Made by a program: the position numbers and the translations under genes. Positions 54,507 through 64,000 of a DNA stretch of 64,000 nucleotides are shown piece by piece. The notes beneath the pieces were generated by a model. That model saw nothing but the letters and a program-made list of their open reading frames with translations. It had not been told where the DNA came from and did not search any database. Each line of letters begins with the position of its first letter. Positions within the stretch are counted from its first letter, which is position 1. This DNA comes from Octopus sinensis (taxonomy: Eukaryota): positions 37,820,001-37,884,000 of the forward strand of contig NC_043001.1 in the NCBI RefSeq assembly GCF_006345805.1. The letters are read 5' to 3'.

Positions 54507-57500
54507 TGTTCAGTCATTGCAAGATATGTTTAGTGTTGTATACGAGGTTTGAACTTAAGTTCCATTGTTTGTCTATGAATACTGCCAAACGCGAGTTTTC
54601 TTTTCAGGTACATGACGCTATTAGGACCAATACCACTTCCACCCCCACCCACAGCCTCAGGGTTGGCACCCTCAACGTCGGCACACTGAAAGGCAGATCT
54701 GGCGAGATAGTTGAATTGCTTGAACGGAGGTGGGTTGATATATGCTGCATTCAAGAAGTGAGGTGGAGAGGAGGTTCTGCTAGGTTCCTCACAGGCAAAG
54801 GACAGAGGTACAAGATTTTCTGGGCTGGGAATACTGACGGAGTCGGGGGTGTGGGCATGCTTATCGCCGAAAAATGGGTAGATAAGGTAATCGAGGTAGT
54901 CAGAGTAAGTGACAGAATAATTAAGATTAGATTAGTGCTCCACCATAGTTTAGCAACTATTATATCGGCCTATGCCCCTCAGCCAGGGCTACCTGATGGA
55001 CAGAAAGACTGTTTCTATGACACCCTACTGCAGACCACATCATTGACGAACGACAGGGACCTTCTCTTTGTGGCTGGTGACTTCAATGGGCATGTTGGAC
55101 GACGTGCTGGGGGCTTCCATGGCGTGCATGGAGGCTACGGTTATGGTTCCCGCAACGAGGAGGGAACCAGGCTGCTGGAGTTCTGCGATGCGAATAGTCT
55201 TATGATTTGCAACACTAACTTCAGGAAACCGACAAGCCACCTGGTCACCTACCGATCGGGCCGGCATACTAGCCAAATCGACTACATCCTTGCCAGAAAA
55301 AGGGAAAGATGGCTGCTTATAAATGCCAAAACCTTCCCAAGTGAAGAATGCACCCCACAACATAGACTGGTAGTTAGTGACTTTAGGATCAGGACTAAGA
55401 GGGCGACTAGAAGACGACCAACATGGAGAAGAAGGGTCTGGAAGCTTAAAGACCCTGCGAATGGACAGAGATTTAGAGATATGTTATTTGAAGCTTTAGA
55501 CGAAATGGAAGGGAGTATAGCTACGCATGGGGTAGAAGACAACTGGACGCTTCTGAGGGACAACCTGCTGAAAGCCGCTGACCAGATCTGTGGCTGGTGC
55601 AAAGTCCCCTTAAGACCCAAAATAACGTGGTGGTGGAACAATATTGTTGACAGGGCTATTAGACAAAAGAAACAGGCTTGGAAGGCCTGGAAGAACGGTG
55701 GTAGCAGGGAAGTGTATCAGTCTGCCAGAAGGGAAGCCAGGAGACAGGTCTATCTAGCCAGAGGGAAGCAGAGAAGGAAAATTTGCCAATGTCCTGCGTC
55801 GTGAGGATGAAAGACTTGAGGTCTTTCGTGTTGCAAGCCAGTGTGTGAGAGAGAATCGCGACGTGGTAGGAGAGAAATGTGTTCGCAAGGAGGACGGTTC
55901 ACTTGCACTTAATGAGGGTGCAAAGAGAGAGACTTGGAGACGCCACTATGATAGGTTGCTGAATGAAGAAAATGAATGGGATAAAGAGAGTCTGCCGAAT
56001 GTCGACCCAACAGAGGGACCAGCAATCCGAGTTAACAGTTCCTTAGTAGATAAGGCAATTAGAAGCATGAAAACAGGGAAAGCCCCAGGCCCATCAGGAA
56101 TTACTGCAGAGATGCTCAAAATATCTGGTGGTGTCGGCTATAGCTTAGTCACCCCGTATAGTTAACCAGGTGATACACGAGGGGGTCATACCCAATGACT
56201 GGTGTAGCAGCATAATAGTCAACTGCTACAAAGGTAAAGGCGACGCCCTAGAGACAAATAACTACAGGGGCATCAAGCTGCTGGATCAGGTAATGAAGGT
56301 TACGGAGAGGGTTGTAGCCCAACTAATTAGAGAGAGAGTTACCTTAGATGATATGCAGTTTGGGTTCGTGCCAGGGAAAAGTACTACTGATGCTATATTC
56401 CTGGTAAGACAGCTGCAGGAGAAATACCTAGCCAAAGATAAGCCCTTGTACCTGGCTTTTGTTGACTTGGAGAAAGCCTTTAACAGGGTCCCCCGGTCCC
56501 TTATCTGGTGGTCAATGAGGAAACTAGGGATAGAAGAATGGTTGGTGAGAGCTGTGCAAGCCATGTACAGAGACGCTGCTAGTAAGGTGAGGGTGGGCAA
56601 CGAGTACAGTGAAGAATTCCGGGTAGAGGTTGGGGTCCACCAAGGTTCAGTCCTCAGTCCCCTCCTATTTATCATAGTCCTCCAGGCAATAACGGAGGAA
56701 TTCAAGACAGGTTGCCCCTGGGAGCTCCTCTATGCTGATGACCTTGCTCTAATTGCTGAGTCACTATCAGAACTGGAGGAGAAGTTCCAGGTGTGGAAAC
56801 AAGGATTAGAATCGAAGGGCCTTAGAATCAACCTAGCCAAAACCAAAGTTCTAATAAGTAGGAAGGTAGATCAATCACAAACGCCTTCAGGTAGATGGCC
56901 CTGCTCGATCTGTAAAAAGGTGTAGGTAGAAACTCTATAAGATGCACCAAGTGTAAGCTATGGACACATAAGAGGTGCAGCAATGTCAAAGGAAGGCTAA
57001 CTAGGAAAATAGTTTTTGTCTGTGGCAAATGCTCAGGAGCAATAAACACTGGAAATATGCAGAGACCAACTTCTGCCACGTTCCAGGGAGACAAACTAGA
57101 AGTAGTTGATAGCTTCCGCTACCTAGGAGACCAAGTCAGTAGCGGGGGTGGGTGTGCTGAAAGTGTAACTGCTAGAGTAAGAATAGCCTGGGCAAAGTTT
57201 AGAGAGCTCTTACCCCTGCTGGTGACAAAAGGCCTCTCGCTCAGAGTAAAAGGCAGACTGTATGATGCATGTGTACGTACAGCCATGCTACATGGTAGTG
57301 AAACATGGGCCGTGACTGCTGAGGATATGCGTAAGCTCGCAAGAAATGAAGCCAGTATGCTCCGATGGATGTGTAATGTCAGTGTTCATAATCGTCAGAG
57401 TGTAAGTTCCTTGAGAGAAAAGCTGAACCTAAGAAGCGTCAGTTGTGGCGTGCAAGAGAGACGGCTGCGCTGGTATGGTCATGTGACAAGAAAGGCTGAA

Positions 57501-57683
57501 GATAGTTGTGTGCAAAAGTGCTACACCCTAGCAGTGGAGGGAACCTGTGGAAGAGGTAGACCCAGGAAAACCTGGGACGAGGTGGTGAAGCACGACCTTC
57601 GAACTTTAGGTCTCACTAAGGAAATGTCTAGAGACCGAGACCTATGGAAGTATGCTGTGCATGAGAAGACCCGGCAAGACTAG
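54506..57683 (+). CDS. RTE LINE polyprotein: AP endonuclease, reverse transcriptase, PHD-like finger, C-terminal domain (three frameshift sites)
   Basis: APE motifs TLNVG, IQEVRW, SAYAPQ, AGDFNGH, QIDYIL; RT motifs FVDLEKAF, GVHQGSVLSPLLF, YADD; frame breaks near 55765, 56155 and 56918 all fall in homopolymer runs; no in-frame stops once corrected (~1,040 aa from ATG 54575). Confidence 0.93.
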
Positions 57684-57699
57684 TCAGGCCATAACCCGT

Positions 57700-59165
57700 G
57701 GCCCCGACCTGGGACGTAGTCAGTCCTGTGCATACCTTCCTTCTTGTGACACTTATGAAGACCTGTTGAGGCAAGTGAAAATCAAATCAAATCAAAACAA
57801 ATCAAAATAGATGAACATCAGTGGAATTGTATTCTTTGGGTACCAGTGCCGGTGGCACACAAGAAAACCACCCAAACGTGGCCGTAACCAGTACCGCATC
57901 GACTGGCCTCCGTGCTGTGGGCACAACAAACACCATCCGATCGTGGCCGTTCGCCAGCCTCATCTGGCACCTGTGCCGGTGGCACATAAAGACACCATCC
58001 GAAGACCCGGCGACGTAGTCAGTCCACCTGTGCATACCTTCCCTCTTATGACACTTGTGAAGACCTGTTGAGGCAAGTGTGTGACACTTGTGAAGACCTG
58101 TTGAGGCAGAGGCAAGTGTGTGACACTTGTGGAGACCTGTTGAGGCAAGTGTGTGACCCTTGTGAAGACCTGTTGAGGCAAGTGAAAATCAAACCAAATC
58201 AAAATAGATGATATCAATGGAATTTGTATCTTTGTGGTTCCAGTACCGGTGGCACACAAGAAAACCATCCGAACGTGGCCGTAGCTGGTACCCATCGACT
58301 GGCCTCCGTGCTGTGGGCACAACAAACACCATCTGATCGTGGCCGTTCGCCAGCCTCACCTGGCCATGTGTCGGTGGCACATAAAAACACCATCCAAAGA
58401 CCCGGCGACGTAGTCAGTCCACCTGTGCATACCTTCCCTCTTATGACACTTGTGAAGACCTGTTGAGGCAGAGGCAAGTGTGTGACACTTTGTGAAGACC
58501 TGTTGAGGCAGAGGCAAGTGTGTGACACTTGTGGAGACCTGTTGAGGCAAGTGTGTGACACGCGTGACACTTGTGAAGACCTGTTGAGGCAAGTGAAAAT
58601 CAAACCAAATCAAAATAGATGAACATCAATGGAATTTGTATCTTTGTGGTTCCAGTACCGGTGGCACACAAGAAAACCATCCGATCGTGGCCGTTCGCCA
58701 GCCACATCTGGCACCTGTGTCGGTGGCACATAAAGACACCATCCGAAGACCCGGCGACGTAGACAGTCCACCTGTGCATACCTTCCTTCTTGTGACACTT
58801 GTGAAAACCTGTTGAGGCAAGTGAAAATCAAATCAAATCAAATCAAAACAAATCAAAATAGATGAACATAAATGGAATTTGTATCTTTGTGGTACCAGTG
58901 CCGGTGGCACACAAGAAAATCATCCGAACGTGGCCGTAGCCAGTACCGCATAGACTGGCCTCCGTGCTTTGGGGACGTAACAAACACCATCCGATCGTGG
59001 CCGTCCGCCAGCCTCATCTGGCACCTGTGTCGGTGGCACATAAAAACACCATCCGAGCGTGGCCGTCTGCCAGCCTCGTCTGGCACCTGTGTCGGTGGCA
59101 CATAAAAACACACATCCGAGCGTGGCCGTTCGCCAGCCTCGTCTGGCACCTGTGTCGGTGGCACA
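57700..59165 (+). repeat. Hierarchical tandem duplications in the RTE 3' UTR
   Basis: Four ~300-420-bp blocks starting GACGTAG(T/A)CAGTCC, containing 22-30-bp GTGACACTTGTGAAGACCTGTTGAGGCAAGT subrepeats and ~55-bp GGTGGCACATAAA subrepeats. Confidence 0.88.
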
Positions 59166-59341
59166 TAAAATCACCCACTACACTCTCGGAGTGGTTGGCG
59201 TTAGGAAGGGCATCCAGCTGTAGAAACACTGCCAGATCTGACTGGCCTGGTGCAGCCTTCGGGCTCCCCAGACCCCAGTTGAACCGTCCAACCCATGCTA
59301 GCATGGAAAACGGACGCTAAATGATGATGATGATGATGATG

Positions 59342-59374
<33 letters not shown>

Positions 59375-59376
59375 TG

Positions 59377-60393
59377 TCGGTGGCACATAAAAAGCACCAT
59401 CCGAATGTGGGATCCCGGAACATCTCGCTGTGCTTGAGGAGACCTGTTGAGTCAAGTGCATGTACATGTACATGAGAATCGAACCAAATATCAATGGAAA
59501 CAGTAGTAGTTGTGATACCTGTGCTGGTGACACATAAAAAGCACCATCCGAACATGGCCATTGCCAGTGCAGCCTCCACTGGCTTCTGGGCCGGTGGCAC
59601 ATAAAAAGCTCCATCCGAACGTGACCGATGCCAACCCCGCCAGCACCATCCGAACGTGGCTGTTGCCAGTGCAGCCTCCACCTCATTCTACCTTCTGTGC
59701 CGGTGGCACATAAAAATCTCCATCCGAACGTGACCGATGCCAACCCTGCCTCGAATGGCTTCTGTGCCGGTAGCACATAAAAAGCACCATCCGAACGTGG
59801 CCGATGCCAGCACCGCCCCGACTGGCTTCCTGTGCCGGTGGCACATAAAAAGCACCAAGCACCATCCGAGCGTGGCTGACGCCAGCACCGCCTCGACTGG
59901 CTTCTGTGCAGGTGGCACATCGCTGTGCTTGAGGAGACCAGTTGAGTCAAGTGCATGTACATGAACATCGAACCAAATATCAATGAAAACAGTAGTTGTG
60001 ATACCTGTGCCGGTGACACATAAAAAGCACCATCCGAACGTGACCGATGCCAACCCTGCCTCGAATGGCTTCTGTGCTGGTGGCACATAAAAAGCACCAT
60101 CCAAACGTGGCCGATGCCAGCACCGCCTTGACTGGCTTCTGTGCCGGTAGCACATAAAAAAAGCACCAACCGATCGTGGCCGATGCCAGACCCCTCTGGC
60201 ACCTGTGCAGGTGGCACGTAAAAAGCACCCACTACACTCGCGGAGTGGTTGGCGTTAGGAAGGGCATCCAGCTGTAGAAACACTGCCAGACCAGACTGGA
60301 CCCTGGGGCAGCCCCTGGCTCCCCTGACCCCGGTCGAACCGTCCAACCCGTGCTAGCGCGGAGAACAGACGTTAAACGATGATGATGATGATG
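59377..60393 (+). mobile_element. Second RTE 3' UTR-derived fragment (other subfamily) with internal duplication and GAT tail
   Basis: Multiple GGTGGCACATAAAAAGCACCATCCGAAC units; block CGCTGTGCTTGAGGAGACC..TGAGTCAAGTGCATG at ~59426 and ~59921; terminal motif and tail. Confidence 0.85.
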
Positions 60394-60413
60394 ATATATA
60401 TATATACATAATA

Positions 60414-60455
<42 letters not shown>

Positions 60456-60457
<2 letters not shown>

Positions 60458-60701
60458 AATTGAGATAGGGGTTGCAAATTCAACCCTCCATGGGATAACA
60501 TATATCCAATATACTGCTAGTGAATTACCCAACAAAGTTAATACATAAATGTTAAGAATTGCGATGCAATTAATTCATTTACTGTATTACATGGGCAAAG
60601 GTAAAATTATTTTTACCATAAATTAATAATACAAAATCAGAAAATGGAGAAATACATCTAAATCATTAATCAACTATCAGATAATACCCAATCACATAAA
60701 A

Positions 60702-60758
<57 letters not shown>

Positions 60759-60998
60759 AATTGAGATAGGGGTTGCAAATTCAACCCTCCATGGGATAAC
60801 ATATATCCAATATACTGCTAGTGAATTACCCAACAAAGTTAATACATAAATGTTAAGAATTGCGATGCAATTAATTCATTTACTGTATTACATGGGCAAA
60901 GGTAAAATTATTTTTACCATAAATTAATAATACAAAATCAGAAAATGGAGAAATACATCTAAATCATTAATCAACTATCAGATAATACCCAATCACAT
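60456..60998. repeat. 301-bp-period direct tandem duplication of a (TA)n-flanked repeat
   Basis: CAAATTGAGATAGGGG...CCCAATCACATA at 60456 and 60757; a diverged relative follows at about 61321-61555. Confidence 0.9.
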
Positions 60999-61267
60999 AC
61001 TTTATTGAACCACTACATAAGAACATTAAGATTAAACAAAACAGCGTTCTTTGAATGTGTAATACAATACAATAGGTACAATCATTACAAGAGGATATAA
61101 ATAAATATCCTCTTGTAATGATTGTACCTATTGTATTGTATTACTCATTCATGTACGCTGTTTTGTTTAATCTTAATGTTCTTATGTAGTGGTTCAATAA
61201 AGTATGTGATTGGGTATTATCTGATAGTTGATTAATGATTTAGATGTATTTCTCCATTTTCTAATTT

Positions 61268-61272
<5 letters not shown>
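60930..61272. repeat. Long palindrome, ~168-bp arms, 6-nt loop
   Basis: 60930-61098 pairs with 61105-61272 with only a few mismatches. Confidence 0.92.
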
Positions 61273-61322
<50 letters not shown>

Positions 61323-62034
61323 CAAGAAAGTTAGAGGTTGTGAATCCAACCAACTAAGGAATAATATCTATCCAATATACTGCTGGTAGAATACCCAATT
61401 ATTAATACACAAGTGTCTTTTATTGCATTGCAATTACATTACCGAGTGTGCTAAATGGGTGAGGGTAAAGAGATATTTTACCATTAATTTATAGAGCAAT
61501 AAGAAAATGGAGGGGATCAATAGGTGGTTCATCAACTTTTAGATATCATATTATGTCAACTTATTTATTTATTTACTAAAATGACAATTACAAGAATATA
61601 CATACATGTATAACATATTATGCTTTACATATATTAATATATAAAGATACCAGTAATTATTAAAATATGACATGCAGGAATAAAAATTGAGAAAATATCT
61701 TACAGCTGTTTCAGCCAAGAGGCAAAAACACCTCATTCTACCTTTATTCCTCAAGTAGACTGAAGTAATTAGTAGATGAAATTGAGGTACTTGGGTGTTT
61801 CTGTAGGCTTCGTCAGACATTTTAGAAAGTACATAAGGTTAAATTATAAATATAAATAAATATAAATATAAATAAATACACACACATTTACAGACTTATA
61901 CATATACATATACATATGCATACATATATAAATATTCATAAATACATATACCCACATTTAAAATGTACATATATATTTACATTTATAAGCGTACACAATA
62001 ATGAATTATTATTATTATTATTATTATTATTATT

Positions 62035-62710
62035 GAGTGAGAGAGCAGTTCATGCCATCAAAGTGACACTGGGGTAAAATATACGAAGCCCAATATACCC
62101 ATCATGACTACCCGTCTGATAAAGGTACACCAGGCACATGCATCACAACCATATGTGCGCGACATGGTGATCTCATATTAAGATAAACAGCACATGACCT
62201 TGCAGGTGGGGCCCAGTTAGAATTTTCTTCAGGTTGAGTAGCCCATCCCGCTCAAACGGTCCCTGAATAAGGGTTGTTTAAGGATGTTGAAAGAACCACC
62301 CATGTTTCCAGAGGTGAACTATTCAAACCCCAAAGAATCCCTCTCAACACATGGCTATGATGCTCCCCCACTACTTCTGCTCGTGATCAGAAGGGTTGTT
62401 TAAGGATGTTGAAAGAACCACCCATGTTTCCAGAGGTGAACTATTCAAACCCCAAAGAATCCCTCTCAACACATGGCTATGATGCTCCCCCACTACTTCT
62501 GCTCGTGATCAGAGATGCACATATCGTCAGCCACTAAGGGACATGCTCAACTGGTTAAGGTCAAACAACTGACAAGCAAATCTGTGGTATTGAGCAGAAT
62601 ATTTGCTGTAGCCCATCTTTTATACCAAGACAAAACAATGTACATGATAACACTTCCAATCAGTTAAGATCAGAAGCCATGAGAGCCACTGCCTGGTACT
62701 GCATCAGGGC

Positions 62711-62714
<4 letters not shown>
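62035..62714 (-). mobile_element. ~560-bp TAA-flanked non-coding repeat (copy 3) with an internal 122-bp tandem duplication
   Basis: Reverse complement of 3681-4239, (TTA)n flanks; 62269-62390 repeated from 62391. Confidence 0.85.
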
Positions 62715-62743
<29 letters not shown>

Positions 62744-63674
62744 CATTATTATTATTAGATGTATTATATTATTCATCTCTCATGATAAAAGGCAGATTTT
62801 CTCTGCCTGTGACTATGTTTCTTTTTAATACAATTGTACAATATAGAATTTCTTCAATTGGAATTTACCTATGATTTTCGAAGTAGATTCGATTGGGTCA
62901 TGGCATATACATTTTTTTTCAATTTCACCCCCAATTAAGCAAAAATTCGAGAAAACTCAATATTTTACGATTTGCCTCTCTCATTTCAAATGCTTTACTC
63001 CTGCTATTACCACACTTTCTCCTACTTTCTCTTTGCAAGTGTATACCACTATCATATCCTCTTTCTGCAACTCTTATTCAACATCACACATTCTGCTACT
63101 TTCTCTTATTAATGCTTAAACCAATCCTCAAAAAAAAAAAAAAGGAAACAGAGAAAAAAATAAATACATAACGATTTACTCCTCACACACACACACACAT
63201 AGACACGCAAACATATACATCGACTTTCACTTTGCAAACCACTCATCAAAAAAAAAGATCAAACAGGAAACAGAAAAAAATAAATACATAACGATTTACT
63301 CCTCACACACACACATAGACACCCAAACATATACATATATGACAGTGACAAACACAAACGTTTTAAACAACTACATACAAACACTCGCTAACTTTTGGTA
63401 GTATTCATTGGCGAGCGTACTTCAGTTGTCAATTGTTGAAAGAAAGAAATTGTAAGCTAAGAAGGTGTGTGTGTGTATGTGTGCGTGCGTGTGTATGTGT
63501 GTGTGAGTTTGTGTGTGTGTGTGTGTGTGTGAGTGTGTGTGTGTGTGTGTAGGAAGTGAAGGATAAAAATATGGCAAGAAGTGGACAGATGTAATACATC
63601 CATACATACATCCATACATAGATACATGTGTGTGTGTGTGTATGTATGTGTATTAATGTGTGTGTATTATCTCT

Positions 63675-64000
63675 CTCTATATAAAGCTGAAGTTGTCTGT
63701 GTGCGGCAGGTTTGGTAGCCTTCAACTAACACTATCTCCTCCGAGACCCTGCGGCGCAAGTTGACCAAAATTGAGAGTATGATAGAAGGATTGCTCTTCC
63801 TTCCGTAGAAGAAAAAAAATTCAAATCGGACCATGTTAACACCAAAAATTATTTACATCTAAAAGGTGCTTTTTTCTATGAAAATCCCTATGTTTTACGA
63901 TTTTTTCACTGCTGTGTCGCCACTTTTCGGTGTATTTCAACCAGAAAAATGTTCACTTGAAGAGAACAAGCTACATAATGCAAAATTTTTACTTTTCAAA
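63675..64000 (+). mobile_element. Possible Helitron-like non-autonomous element 5' end (runs off window)
   Basis: TCTATATAAAGCTGAAGTTGTCTGTGTG start resembles the TC...ATAAAGCTGAAG.TTGT 5' ends I recall for animal Helitron derivatives; 3' CTAG/hairpin not in window. Confidence 0.4.

Larger units (their letters stand above)
54366..59343 (+). mobile_element. Young near-intact RTE-clade LINE with expanded 3' UTR and (GAT)n tail
   Basis: ORF as above, TTGGCGTTAGGAAGGGCATCCAGCTG terminal motif at ~59195, (GAT)n ending ~59343, followed by (AT)n. Confidence 0.93.

Noticed and set aside
54590-54610. Intron in the RTE 5' region ending at TTTTCTTTTCAG
   Set aside because: Nearby donor candidates give the wrong phase, and a sense intron would be lost on retrotransposition; unsupported without RNA data.
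58030-58600. CRISPR-like short repeats GTGACACTTGTGAAGACCTGTTGAGGCAAGT
   Set aside because: Head-to-tail with no unique spacers, no cas genes, and inside a eukaryotic LINE UTR.
61700-61820. Possible minus-strand first exon MSDEAYRNTQ...ETA|GTAAGA
   Set aside because: No recognisable domain and no partner exons found.

Overview
AT-rich, microsatellite-dense animal genomic DNA. The repeat content (tRNA-derived SINEs, (GAT)n-tailed RTE LINEs, (TAA)n-targeting R4/Dong LINEs, mariners) suggests an octopus-like cephalopod, which is inference only. I can reconstruct one host gene on the + strand, with five exons from 5285 to about 29557: signal peptide plus one MAM-like domain, followed by a frameshifted and stop-interrupted Thr-rich stalk and transmembrane segment. 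Its introns are filled with RTE, Penelope-like, Tc1/mariner and MULE relics. Two piles of R4/Dong LINE fragments sit in TAA repeats (about 1-4.8 kb and 31.6-39 kb). The most striking structure is a ~20 kb composite at 39397-59342. It has ~25 near-identical ~600-bp tandem monomers running directly into a young, nearly intact RTE LINE whose short upstream ORF is a diverged copy of the monomer start, then APE-RT with a PHD-like finger, a hierarchically duplicated 3' UTR and a (GAT)n tail, with (AT)n on both flanks. All coordinates were read by eye and may be off by a few bases; no database searches were run.
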